Part shown: positions 49,544 to 62,865 of the stretch, piece after piece | Position numbering within the stretch: position 1 is the stretch's first letter | How the letters are laid out: the number at the start of each line of letters is the position of its first letter | Assembly: GCA_907165135.1 (NCBI GenBank) | Contig: OU015567.1 | Span: forward strand, 7,130,001-7,194,000 | Length of the DNA: 64,000 nucleotides | Source: Oikopleura dioica | Lineage: Eukaryota; Animalia; Chordata | Reading direction: 5' to 3' | Made by a program: the position numbers and the translations under genes | Notes under the pieces: model-generated | The model's database searches: none | Seen by the model: the letters and a program-made list of their open reading frames with translations, nothing else | Told to the model about the DNA's origin: nothing

Positions 49544-50603
49544 GCGTAAAGAGGGCGCTACGAAAAGGAAATTTTGCGTATTCATTTGATTTCCACGTAG
49601 GACTCGTGCAGTCATTTTATCGCTTTGCAAACTCTTTCCATAGAAACGTTCGAAGTAATGGTGTTAGAAATGATTATTGGAATCTATTATCTTTTATCGT
49701 CATGATCTTTTACTGTTGGCAAATGAATGTGATTGAGACTGGAATTTTCCCGTAGTTAGGTCCTTATGAAACGTGATAGGCTCTGCCGGAGCCTCAAAAT
49801 CAATGATTAAAAGTACTCTGATTAGTTGTCACTTAAATTTTAAATTATCTTTTCTTCGGCCCTCTCAACGGAAGAATTAGCCCCTAGTACCATATTGGCT
49901 GAGTCATCTGATAGCCTTCAACTAATTTTTTTTTTTGACTTTGACTTCGTGAATTTAACCGTATTCAGAATTTTGAACCCAGAATTTATGGGTATTAGAT
50001 GTAGGAAAGGAGGTCTTTTTCTGCAAATTTTCATTCAAGTTCCTACCTGTTCAAACACCAGCCGTTTTAAACTGAGGTTATGCAGGATATATAATATATT
50101 AATAAAATGCATCTTTTCCTACAAGCAATTGTATCAATTGAACTATTCCTATCAGCAGTATTCGGCGGTGCTGTTAAATTATTCTGTACTGGCATTTTTT
50201 CAAGGGCAAGGTGATTTGAACTCAAGTAGGATATTCCAATTGAAACCGACATGAGAACAGAATTATTAATTTGAACATATTTCATACTCTAAATAAGATT
50301 TCTTTATCTACAGGTTGGCTTATTCAGAAAGCTAAGGGCTCTTCTGAACGAATGTTGTATGTGAATTTCTTGTTGCAATTCAGAAAAACTCAAGTGGTGC
50401 AGATACATTTCAAAAACTTGACCCGTCATGCAAAAAGGAAAATTCACACCAATGGTATATTTTGCAATAAAAACCGTATTTGGTCTTCACAGAAGAAAGG
50501 AAAATTACCAACAACATCACACCTTCTGAAGGGAAAACATGTCCGTATTTATTCGACTGAATTATATTTTCGACACTAGAATTGAAAAAGAAAAGAACAG
50601 AGA

Positions 50604-51058
50604 ATGGCTTCAAATCTTATCGCCATTGATACAGAAGGTGGAACTGGGAATGGAAAAGTTACTGTTGCTCTGGTTTCTTGCTCCGAAGCCATACTTTACC
50701 ACAAGAGAGGTAAACTTATATTATCACGATAAGTTATCGTCGATAACCCTGAAAATATAGATATCGTTGAATACTCACCAGACTTTAATGCAATGAAAGC
50801 TGCTATTCTCCGACATACAAGCGGAAAAACACTTGTTGGACACAATGTGAATGCCGACATTTCTCGAATCGGCCTTAAACCTTCGGACTTCACAGACACT
50901 TTTGATACTCAGGGCAGTGGTGCAATCACACACACATCGAATCGAACACATGATGTTGTGGAAGATGCACGACAGAGCATGAAGATCGCGCTCAAACACT
51001 TCGGCTATCAGGTAGGACTCACATTCTTCTCTCGCCTCACATATTTTAGAAGCAGTAA
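50604..51058 (+). CDS. Minimal DEDDh 3'-5' exonuclease (REXO4/ISG20-like), 121 aa, 3 exons
   Basis: Exons 50604-50709, 50761-51011 and 51050-51058. ExoI IAIDTE, ExoII LVGHNVNAD, ExoIII THDVVEDA. Confidence 0.75.
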
Positions 51059-53648
51059 AATCTGAATAGAAACCCACGAAAATTTATCATCTTTCATTTT
51101 GAAAAATTTAACGGATGGCAAATCATGAAGCGTTATTTGCTGTTCAGCTCAATTTTCCTGACTGACAATAAACTACCATCACATCACTTATGAGCGATTT
51201 GAAACAGTATAACAGCTTTGGCGAGAATAAGCAGGGTCAATAACTTCGAGCAAACAACTCAAGTTTTCTCTTTTTGGCAAAAACGTTGTAAAAAAGTTTG
51301 AATAGAGGGATAGATCCTAGATGAAATCCGGTTGAAGAATAAAAAACCCACTTGATGCCTCTTCTATTCAACAACTTGCTTCAATTTGACACTTTTAACT
51401 TTTATATTCTTCGCGATCAAAAACAATCTCTTTCATTCGAACTAACTAAAGCTGCCTTACTGAAATTGAATAATGAATTACGACCAGCACGCAGAGAATA
51501 TGGAATATGTCAGAAATATTAGACCGGAGCCAGCGAGTCAGAATCAAAATGATGAAAATACGGTAATTTTCTGCAAATAACTGTTTATTTCATTTTTAAA
51601 AAGGATGATGATGGAGATATTTTGAAACAAGTCCTTTTACTTTCCACGCATTTGTCTAACAGATTCGGCGAGTTTTCAAAACAACCAATTTTAAAACGCC
51701 CTCTCTCAGCAATTTTGAAAACTAAGCTAAGACAACAACCTCAGTGATATATTCGGAATCGGGCTACTTCTTCTTTTCGTCGGGATTTTCTTTCTACTGA
51801 TGTGCTGTTGCTGCATTCTTGGCTTGCAAAACATCTCGTTGTTCCAGCAACTGCCATGTTTTCAATCACTTGCGACGCGGCACCATCAAAATCCTGCTCA
51901 GAATAACAACTTAAATATAAACGGCCATTTGGGGTGTCCGAATTTCAGAAGAGATCATAGACATTCAGGTTCGTTGAAAATTGCTCTTCGATTCTAAATT
52001 CTAGCTTTAGAAGGAGAGTATAGAATAAACATTGAAGATGACATGAACGAAAGCATAATTCTACCGCCTGCCGGGAGCACCAGCAGAGCCAGAGGACATC
52101 ATCCTTCAGCGCCAAGAAAATGGATTCAGAAAAACTTCTTTGGAAATAATCAAAAGATTTTGTAGTCCATCAAAGAGAAAGTTCTTTGCTCAAGCCGAGC
52201 AAGTAATTTCCAGCTACAAAAAACTGCGCGAAGAGCTTCGATCAACTGATAATAAGAACAATCATGTTTCTTGACAAATAAAATTTTTCTCCAAAAGTAG
52301 CAGCGAGTCGATCTTGGCGACTTTTTCTCCAGCATTAAACCTGCCAATCTAGACAGATTTCGAAAGAGACCGGCTTGAACCGGTCGGTAGCGAACGTGTC
52401 TATTTCTAAAATTGAAGGGGCGTTGTCCGAGCTATGACTACTCTAAAATCTCTTATTTCTACGATTCTAGCGCGCTTTGACCGGTGAACAAGGGGTTCTA
52501 ACGTATGACGAGTTGTTTGCAAAACATAGTTTCATCATAATTTCATCGAAAATGCCGTAAATACGGATCTCACGAGGTCATTTGTGACGTAAAAGGCTCC
52601 ATGCCCCGCGGTGTTTTGGTGGTGGTATAAAACGAGGCGCAGGACTGGTGTTCTTCAAAATCTTCGAAAAAGAGATTCTTTTTTTGCCAGCAGCAGATAA
52701 TGTTGTCCTCCACGACCAGCCGAGCCCTCTCCGTCACTGTCCGACGACCCTTGACAGTTTCCACCGCTTCCTCGCTCAAGAACTCGTCGAAGCAGCAAAT
52801 GATCCAGAAACTCGGGCAACGAGACCACTTCGGCAACGCCAAGCGATTCGAGGCACAGCTCACTTCCTCTGCCGGTAACAAAAAGTCCTTTCCCTTTTTC
52901 CGAAACAAAGTCGTTGCTTAATTACAAGCACGGCAAAACGAACCTACTAGGTATAGCAATTTGTCCTGATTTAATGTTCTGTTTGAATGAAAATGTGTTA
53001 TTTTTTGAATTCTGATTCTTATGTGTTCTGATTGTTATGACTCTCTGCTCTGATTTGTTTTGATGTTCTACCCCATTCAACAAGAACCCTACCCTTATCG
53101 ATGTATGCTCCACGACAAAAAGGAAGAAAACTGCTTCCGGAGCTCTATGACTATGACTCTGATTCTGATTGATACTGTATTACTTCTGATTTTTGATATT
53201 TTGTGTTATGTTCTGTTATGTTCTGATATGTTTGTTTGCCTGAAAGTTATGTTTGATTGAATAAATGTTTTTTTTTTCCTTAAAATTTGTTTTAATTTCG
53301 TTGTTCCTTTTTTTCAAGCGCAGGATTTTGGCATCGTATATTCTCAAGCAGTTTTTTGGAGATCGATGAGTTGATGTTCCGACTTATAACTGGAAAATTA
53401 CTGTAATATAAATGATAAATAGACTGATTGAAGGGCGGTGACGGTTCTGCCGTGATAAGTCTTCATCTTGACAGTTATTGAAGATTGTAGTCTAAAAATT
53501 TACCTTGGAAACTAACCTTGGAAAAGTCACATCAGGCAGCGCTTATACTTATCTCATATCATCGGCGATACTGTCGATATTACTGAATCTGTCGAACGGC
53601 GCTACTCAGCCTTATTAATATGCAGAACATATCTTAATCACTTTTTGA

Positions 53649-53655
53649 TATAAAA
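53649..53655 (+). promoter_or_regulatory. TATA box of the small peptide gene
   Basis: TATAAAA ~50 nt upstream of ATG 53702. Confidence 0.5.
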
Positions 53656-53701
53656 ACCAGAGCGGTCCTGCCCAAAAGATCACCGAAACAAAAAAAAAAC
53701 T

Positions 53702-53920
53702 ATGAAATTCTTGATTTTTTTCAGCGCATTTTTTCTCCATGGATCCGAGGCCAACCGGCTACGACCAAGTCAGATTCAAACAAAAAGTAAACTTCGAATC
53801 AAATAATTTTCAGGCGCGTTTTCGCCGTTTGGCATGATGAAACAGGACGCAGACTACTTCAAAAAAGCGAAAAGAGCTTACAAATCTCCATATGATTCCT
53901 GGCAACAGTATTTTCTCTGA
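53702..53920 (+). CDS. Small secreted peptide precursor (57 aa, 2 exons)
   Basis: MKFLIFFSAFFLHGSEANRLRP|SAFSPFGMMKQDADYFKKAKRAYKSPYDSWQQYFL* using a 45-nt GT-AG intron (53769-53813). TATA upstream, AATAAA at ~53928. Below the ORF track cutoff. Confidence 0.65.
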
Positions 53921-54015
53921 ATGATAAAATAAATTTTCTATTTACAAGTTCAAAAAGAGTATTCAATATTTATTTATTTACAGTTTTTCTACTACCGGTT
54001 TTGTACAGAAATAAA

Positions 54016-57000
54016 TCAATTCGCGCTCAGCTTTTTTATAAACCTCCCGACGTCCAAATGACCGTGGATCTTTTTAATCGAATTCGCCGTCTTGTTCAGC
54101 TCTTCTTCCGCGCTCGTCTTTTTGCCGTAGTAAGAGGAGAACTCGCGGTTGAACTCGAGGAGGATCATCGCGCGCGTTGGAACTTTTTCATTTTCCTTTG
54201 TTACAGTGTCTTTTACAGGCATTTGCCAGCCTTTGAACATGCTCTTTGCCTTGAAAGGGCTCCAGCTCATTGACATCTTCTTCTTGTTGTCCTTGCAAAT
54301 CCAAGCTCGTCGAGAAACAGCTTCAGCGCATGAACAAAAGCTTAGACGATTACTGTAACTGTGTTCAAAAACTACTCATTTATCTATAAAGCAGCCCAAA
54401 AAATCAGTCTTGAACCTTTCCTTTTATAGCTCGAAATTCCAGCCAACCCAAGTGGCTGATGCTTGCCGTCGTGCTTGTCCAAATGGCCGGCTTCTTTCAG
54501 ACAAATGGTGTGACAAACTGGACAGGTGGACGCGCATCTGGCCATAGAAGCCTCGGTGTCTCGCTTGAGGAGACATTTGCGCACCTCTGCTGATAGGTCG
54601 GAAGGGTTTGGCGCTTCGACAGTACTTATAAGGCGACGGCATTCTTTTTTGATGAGCTTTAATTCGTCTTCAAATGAAATGTTCGTTTCGGCGACTTTTT
54701 AGAGTTAGATTCGAGTTAATTATTTATGCCAAATCTAATTGATAATTGAATAATCAAAAAATCTACACTCATAAACTCTTGCCTTCTAATTTATCAGAAA
54801 ACCAGCTTGAAAGTAAATTCTTGCAAATCGGCCTCAGTCGAGCATCATCTGGATTCGCCACTGCGCTGGAAAGAAATTTCAGTTTCTCAAGAATTGAGTC
54901 CCTTTTCTCGCTCTCCTCGATAATTGAATCAAAATGCTTCTCAAGTTTGACTTCCAGGGAATTCTTCGTTTCGTTAATAGAAAAGTGAGCTTCTACTAGC
55001 CGCTCGAAAATTCGCCAGTAATGCGCGGCAGGGAAGGAAACATTTTTCAACAAGATCTTCGACACTTCCCCACGAAGATCTTTCACCGAGGAGGCGATCT
55101 TTTGGACAAATTCTTTGTCTTTCGAGAGACAGAGAGTTTTAGCGATTTCAGTGGCTAACAGTAGTTTTGTTTCATCATTGAAAGTGATGTTCGCCAGCTG
55201 CGAGGTCTTCATCAAGTCGATTTCCATCGTCTTCCACATTTTTTCAGCTTCCAAATCGTTGGAACTCGCTGTTTTAATACTCACCTCTTCAGCGGCAAAC
55301 TCTTGGAAGCCCTTAACAACCGCCGTTTTAATTTCATTCTTGAGCTGCTCCATCAGCATTTGAAACTCCGTCAGATCTTTACAGCTTGCTTCAAAATTCA
55401 GCCACATTTTCTCCTTGCTTTCTGCCGATCCAAATCGCTCGACGATATTATTTTCTTGTTCCCACTTTGAGTGAACTCTTTCGAGACTCTCGGTTGTGTA
55501 CTTTTTCGCGAAAATATAAAACAAAAGTGCTTCGCGATGCTTTTTGGTGACTTTGTTTACTTGCTGGTGGACTTTGTAGAGGATTTTGTCCACGACGCTT
55601 GTTGAAAATTTTTCACAGTTTTGGAGAATGTCGTCGATGGAATGCTTGATTCCTTTGGCGTAATAACTCAATGAAGATGATTCGTCAAGACCGGTTACCG
55701 ACTCTGTCGACCAGATCTGTTCTCCATCTGAAAAACGGTAGAATTTATCTTTTATTTAAAACTTACCTTCATCCGTTTTACATTTTCTGATTGTGGATGT
55801 CTTCTCTTTCAGCGGTTTCTTCCATGTCTCCAGAAACGCTTTGTCTTCTTTGCCATCTTTTTCGCCCACGATCATTTTCATCATTTTTCCCGAGATGTCC
55901 ATCTTTTCCCGCTTTGCTTTGTCGGATTCTAGCTGCACTTCAAAGTCCCGGAATCGTTCGTAAACCCGGGCTTGAACATCGATTTGCGGCGGTTGATCGG
56001 CTTTTAGCTCTTCATAGAAAGAATTGTACTCTTTATCGAAGAATTTTTGGTACTCTTCGGGTTTTTCTTTCATCGATGGGTTGTTTTCCCATGCTTTTCG
56101 AAGCTTGTTTCGGAACTGCTGCTCGTAGCGGGCAAGGATGGTGTTGAACTTGAGCGTGTTGGATGCAAAGCGTTTGAAAAGATATCCTTTTGTGTCGTTT
56201 ATTCTTGAAGCTTGACTTGTCCAGTGATTAACAAACGTGGGCTTGTTTCCGCCAAGCGAGGCAAAGTGTTTTTCTTTGAGTAAGTTTTCATGATTCTGGA
56301 TGAACTCCTCGACAATCACCCCACAATCGTGCCGATGATCCTCCACCAATTCGTCAATCGTCTCATCTATCTTTATTCAGAGTTCAATTACAGTAAAACC
56401 AAAAAAACACGCCTGACAAATCTGATTAAAACTCATTCTTTGAAATCTCACATTTAGCATCAAGCTCGGCCGCCTTCGTTGCGGTTAGTTTTTCCAACCG
56501 CTCGGTGGCGCTGGACATTTTTCGCTCAAGATCGCGCTTGAGCTTTTTTTCGGCATTCTTGAGCTGGTTGTATGCTCGGAGTTGGACGGCGTTTTTGAAG
56601 TTGAAATTGAAGTCCATTGTGGACATGGAGTTGGAAACATCTTTCATGAGACCCCACCATTCCGACAATCTCTGAAAAAAAAAACGTTCAGTCGGGCTCT
56701 GATCAGATGTTTACCTTCGGCTCGTATCTGGAATCGACAGTTTGGCTGTGAATATATTTTCGAAGCTCGCGAACTCGTTTTCCAAAACCGGGCTCAGGCT
56801 TGTCATCAGGAGGATTGGGAGAACTTTTGAGCTGCCCAATGAACTTAATATTGCCTTCGAGCTCGTTGTCGCCCGTGGAGATATTGATGAAAGAAATGCT
56901 CACGTCCCTGAAATAAGTAAGCGACAATTATCGGCAGAGGTCACCACCTGAGCTCGTTCTTCCCCTTTTCTTTCTTAGCTCCAGCCACGCTCATCACAGA

Positions 57001-60000
57001 ATTATACACCGCATCATCCATAGAATCTCCAATAACGCCACAATCATTCAAAATCTCGTTCGCAGATCGCAAGCTTTCAACGAGAGAAAGTCGCTCGTTC
57101 AAAGTCGCATTGAAAGAATGTCCATTCGCATTATTGACTTTGTATAAAACTGTCATTTTCGGACGGACTGTAAGACCCGATTCTTCAGCTTTCAATGCGG
57201 GTCAATAGTAAGTCTCAAGAAGGAAAAATCGTTATCAATAAAATTTTGACCAGAGCCTATGGAACTCGATTGATAAGCGCGAAGAACGATTGGTAAAATA
57301 TCCTTCACTGCTGAGTCGTCATCCCCAACCGTCATCATGATTGTAGAATCAGAAGGAATGATGCTCATTGTCGCCATTTTATTGTCTTTATTCTCGCTAA
57401 ATGCTCTTCCTGCAAACTCAGGAGCTCTGAATTACAATTTAATTCAACTCAAGAGGGCTTAGTAAGTTACTTACCTAATTCCTTTTGTATCGAGCACTAG
57501 AATGTAGTCAAATAACGGAGAAAACTTGGATTTGACCAGTTGCATATTGATTCCCCTAGAACACATTCCATCTCCGCAGCTAAACTGCGTCCCGAACATC
57601 GTATTCAAAAGAGTTGATTTGCCAGCAGATTGGACCCCAATAACTGACTGTACGAAGACCCGGACGTCTCCAATTTTCTCAATGACAGAATGAAAGACTG
57701 CATCGAGCCACTTCTCGTTCAAATGCCCTGTATCTCCGTCTTGTAATTCTAGAGGGAAACCATCCAAAAGATGTTGCGCAGCGATGGAAGGGAGGAATTT
57801 GATCTTGGTTCGTCGCGGATTTCCGACATAGACGTGGCTCATCTCCCGCCAGATTTGAGTCAGAGAAACAGATTGTTTTGTGTACTCAAGTTTAGCCTTG
57901 AAGAAATCTTTTCGTGCTTCTTCCCCTCCTTTTTGCTGCATATTGTTCGCCGCAGTCAAATAATTCTGATACGATTCGGCGGTGTATTGCCCCACGAGTC
58001 GTTCAAAAACATGCGAGAACGTCTTGAATCCGAGAATTCGTAGCTCGTCGTCCTCATTCTGAAGCACGCGTAGAAAAACGTCGATAATTCCACAAATTCG
58101 GCTCGTTTTAATCTGCTGCTGGTACGTCTCTCTAGCGCGTTTTAGCTCTTCCGTCTCTTCGGAAAGCGACAGATTCTTTTCGTCCAAAAGGTTGCAGTAG
58201 TTTTGGAAGAGTTCCTGGAGCCCTAGTTCATTTCTCAGAACATTTTTCGAAGCCAAACAGGACTTGACCGCGGCATCGAGTGCTTCGACCCCAGATGATG
58301 CGTAAAAATGCTCGACATTTTCCGCCCTCAGTTTTTGCAGCGAAACTCGTTCGTCAAACCACTTCCACTTTGATAGATGCTCGTTCAGCTCGTCCGCGAT
58401 TTCATCAAGCTCTTCTGACTCATTTTGCAAAGGAACAGTGCCGTTCTTACTGTGCATTGTGTAACTATCCCCGTCAGATACAATGACATCCGCAAATTTC
58501 TCGACAAAATCCATGAGCTTTTCTGATTTTCCTGAAACATTCAGGACTATCCAAGGATCCGGTTGGGACTTGTTTTCAACATCGATGAATCCGATGCCGA
58601 TTTCGACAAATGTTTCTTTGAAAACTCTTAATTTTGTGACATTCGATGTCCCTGATGTCACCGTGTGATGAAGAGCGAGTTCGATCAATTTTGGGTTGCG
58701 TTCTTTTTTGTCCTTGTCGGAAATAAACGCGACTCTTGGCAAAGAAACATCGTTCGCCAAATTGATCTTGCTTCCATCTCCAACGAATATTTCAAACAAA
58801 TCGAGGGCTTTTGAAAAGTTGTCAAAACCAGCTCCTTCCAGGGACTTCAAGATAATGGGCACAGATCCACGCTGCTCTAGAATCTTTTGAAAAAGAAAAT
58901 TATTTCGGGCAAGGCCATTTCCGCGAATGATCGAAACCAGGTTTTTGAAATTCTGACTTCGCATCTTGCCATCTGTGAATTTTTGCCGATGAACGATGTC
59001 GTGAATGACTGCTTCGGGCGTGTTCGACCCGAGTGCTTCGTGGTCAACGTCTTGGAACTCGATTCGATGGGTGAATCGTGGGACGAGGGTTGGATCGACC
59101 CAGCGAAAGACTGGTCGTGGCAAAATTATGTCCAGCATCGAGTCATTTTGCGACTGCGAGCTCGAACTCCGTTTGGAAGAAGAGTCCACTGTCATGCAAG
59201 ATTTCATCGATTTCAAATCGTCCAGCGTGTCACAACTCATTCGCCGTTCGTTCAAGCTTTCCTTGATGTTTGCTAGTTCAGCTTTTCTCTCATTCTTTGC
59301 CAGGTGCACCATCTTTACCATGTTCCCATTCTTGTCCATTGCTGCTTTCTGGACGAGTTTTACAGTATACGAGTTTCTGCGCTCGTGTTTGGCCAAGTCT
59401 TCGGGTGGCAGTTTTTTGACAGAATCGGACCAGCTCTTGTCGTGGATATCAAAGATGTTGGTGACTTTTACACTTTCTAATTTTGCTTGCTTCTTTTTCG
59501 ACTTCTTCGCCTTTCGTTTTTCTTCTTTTAGTTGTTTCTCGACTTCTTTTTGTTTTTCAACAAACTCTTCGTATTCCTTCTTCAACTTTTCGTCATCTTC
59601 CAGTGTCGATGATTCGGGTTTTTCGGCTGTTTCTTCTTTTGGAAGAGACTTCTCCTTGTTTTTGTCTTTTTTCTTCTTCCTTGATTTTTTCTCGGGCGCT
59701 TCAGAAATTGACGATTCGGCTTGAGAGATTTCAGATTTTTCCTCAGGTATTTGCTGAATGTTTACTCCTGGAGTTCCTTTTCTTGCCAGCGGCTTTCGCG
59801 ATTTTGTTGGTACTTTTTGATGGTTAGTCAAGTTCTTTTTTAGCTCTTCTTGGTGCACTTCGGAAACTTCGGAGACAGACACTTCATCGGCTTCAGTTTT
59901 GACCTCAATTTGCGGCGCAGAAACTGGCTCTTCTTTTGGCACTTCTTCTTGAAACTCGGGCTCTTCTTCGATGACCTTAGGAATATTGACAGATTCTTCC

Positions 60001-61105
60001 ACTTGATAAGAGACTGGCATGCTCTCTGCATCGTCGGATGTATTTTGATTGCCATCGCTCAGCGGATCTTCCACGATATTGTCCAATTTAGCATCTAATT
60101 TATTCGCTTCATTAATTTTTGCTCTATTTGCCAGCTTATTTTTCACCACATCTTTATATTTCTCCTTCCTGGGAAGAAACTCGGAGTCTGAATCTGTCGA
60201 AACATTTGAAGTTGTTCTTGGTACTTTTGGAGGAAATCGAACTACGGGAGGTGTTAGGCCACTTTCTACTGATTTTTCGGCGTCTGGAGCACTTTGCTCT
60301 TGAATTGATTGGATTTGCTTTGGCTTTGGGCGGACAGAAAGGCTGAATAGTGTTCTATATGAATTTTGCTTATTATGATATTGAAATGATGATGAAATGA
60401 ATTTGTTAGAACGCTCCTTAAACTCCCAACGCGACGTTTATATTGCCTCGCTGATTTTCCAGACTTGCTTCCTGAAGAATCATCCTTTTTACATTCAATT
60501 TGATCTTTCTGCGGTTCTTGGCCTTCTTTCGATAAATCTTCTATGTCAGGTTTTTCTTCTGGCTCTGTGGTCGAGATTGTTTCAGGCTTCACATTTCCTT
60601 CTATCTTTTCTGCTGGTTTTTCCAGAGCAGAGTCTGACGGAATTTCTTCAGGTGAGCTTGATGATTGAGACTCACAAGATGATTTGCTCACCGGTACCCA
60701 GGATTTTTCACGGCTGGGATGAGAGCTCGAGGTATTTTGGAACGAGTTTCCAGTGAGTCTTTTAACCATTCGGGCGAGCTCAGATTCATGCGATTCTTTC
60801 CCTCCATTGTTACCGGTAATCGGAGCGATGGTTTTAATATTCAATGTTTTGGGCTTTGAGATATCCTTCTTGTCAGCCTCTTCTTTCGGTGGTTCTTTTG
60901 TGACTTGTTCTTCTTTAGCAGAATTTTCAGAAGGCTTGGAATCTGTTGTTACAGATCCAACCGTGTCTCCATCGAAATCTTCTCCATTTGTATCTTGCGA
61001 GCTAAGACTCAAACCTGAGCTTACATCTGAGAAGTCCGATACTTCCTCCGATATTTTCTCCCTCACTAGGTTTTCGCTTTTTTCGTTTTTCGCCTCTACA
61101 GACAT
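54016..61105 (-). CDS. GVIN1: Very large inducible GTPase-like protein (VLIG/GVIN1/URGCP family) with long acidic and Lys-rich N-terminus, multi-exon
   Basis: LPRVAFIS, FPLELQDGD, G1 VIGVQSAGKSTLLNTMFG, CSRGINMQL, G3 LVLDTKGIRAPE, and C-terminal CPVCHTIC..H...H..KHQPLGLAG. Confidence 0.82.
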
Positions 61106-61896
61106 TTTTAATCAATAAAGATCTCTCTTTTTTGTTGTTTTAAAAAATATTCATTTTTAAAATAGTGTGACTTTGTCCTGAAAGATTTAGTTCTAATCCG
61201 ATTCTATGCTCGTTGAAAACAGCAGGCTATAAGGTCATCGTTTGATCTTGCTGGGGTTGAAACACCGCGCTGCCAAACCACATGTGGACTAGCGATTCGG
61301 AAAGTGCTCACGTTCCGCGTCAAGATACCGTAAGAAAGGGGACAATTAGAATGCCTAACTACTTGGAGACCTATTAATTGAGATTGTTAGACAGCTCCCC
61401 ACTGGCAGCTCTTTTGGCACGATGAATTTTCTGTTCGTTGGAATTCGGCCGAAGATAGTTAACTTTAAAATGCTAAATGCACTGTAAATCGCTGTATGTT
61501 TGAATAGTCAGAGACAAATCTACATCTGTAAACCAATTCGCCTGTCAATTATCGGTAGAAAACACTCTAACCGCTCATCGTTTGGGTAGACAAAGATTTA
61601 CGACTCGTTTTGAGACCTGCTCTAATGAAGAGGCTCTTCTGTATTCGAAGGGCGAATTTATTGAGGAAGATAAAACGCACGTTATGAATGAAGTACCCTG
61701 TAAATATCAAGCCCTGCGTATGTTCAAACACAGAAACGACCCCGAAACCGAATCACATTTTTCGTCCACCACGGAATTTATTTCTATTTCTTACAAAACA
61801 GAGACAAAGAAACCGAAGAAATAGGTGAAAAAGAAGGAAAATACGATGGGGAAAGGGTTCAGAAATCATGAAAGGAGGAGTTAAAGAGCTGATTCC

Positions 61897-62865
61897 TTGA
61901 ACCATTATGAAGGCTGCCGATATAAAGCTTCAAGAATCGCTGGAATTTCTGGTTTTGGACTGTTTCTTGGCCTTGTTTCTATTGCTACCGCGATCGTCAA
62001 TATAATTTTTATAAGTGACAGAACTAACCCTACCCCTAAATATAAAGGTTTGTTTCGTCTCATTTCTACAATAAACAATTGCTCATGCAAGAATGGATCC
62101 CGTTGGATAATATGCCGGGATATATTAGTGGATTTTTATCTGTTCTTTCTGGGGCTTTTGGTTTATCCTTGCTTTGTACGGTAAGAGCACACACAGCTTT
62201 CATGAGATCTACCTCTTGACTCGTAGTCGACCCCTGCCTCTTCCGCGTCCGGGATCGTAGCATCTGCCCTGGCGTTTTCAATTATTGCTATGGCTACTTC
62301 TGCAGCCGCGTTTCTTGTCAATATCAACTCGATTCTTCAACTCGACAATCAGGGTGGTAAGAGTCTCTTACTAAGAAAATTTCATTTCTTTAGAATCTAA
62401 CCTTTTTTTTCTTCAGATACTTATTTGTGGAAGATTAGTGTGGATGAAGAAGTAATGAACCTCTTTCAAGAAGAAACAAGACAAAAAGACATTGGCTTCA
62501 TTATGTTAGCTGTTTCTGCTTCAGTTAACATCACCAATTTCATTATTCAACGTAGTTATATAAACATTGTTATGAAGTACTAAGTATTTATTTCAGTATC
62601 CACGGCATTTGTCATTTGCTGTAGTGTCCCGGGTTTTTGCTGTGCCCCTTCCGCTACAGATGTATCTATGGAAAAGGGTGAGAAGAATTACGCCCTAGAC
62701 GAGGCTGGTTCTGTTGGAAATGTCGACGACCTAGCGTCATTTGTCTCTTCTGGCTCGATAGGAACATGTCTTCGATTGATTTTAATTAGCAAATTAGCAA
62801 GGTGGCAAAATTATCGCTTGAATTTCTCGGTGAAATTATACGAGATTATACAGCGTCAGAGATAA
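61897..62865 (+). CDS. Four-TM membrane protein (MS4A/CD20-like topology); start uncertain
   Basis: Spliced hydrophobic segments FGLFLGLVSIATAIVNIIFI, GYISGFLSVLSGAFGLSLL, ALAFSIIAMATSAAAFLV and GFIMLAVSASVNITNFII...TAFVICC. Confidence 0.5.

Noticed and set aside
51190-52350. Gene between the nuclease and 52.6 kb
   Set aside because: Only short frames broken by stops; I could not build a consistent exon chain.
52700-53260. Small TATA-preceded ORF (MLSSTTSRALSV..., transit-peptide-like) with TATGTTCTG-rich downstream DNA
   Set aside because: Two overlapping frames look equally plausible and no second exon could be fixed, so it is left unresolved.
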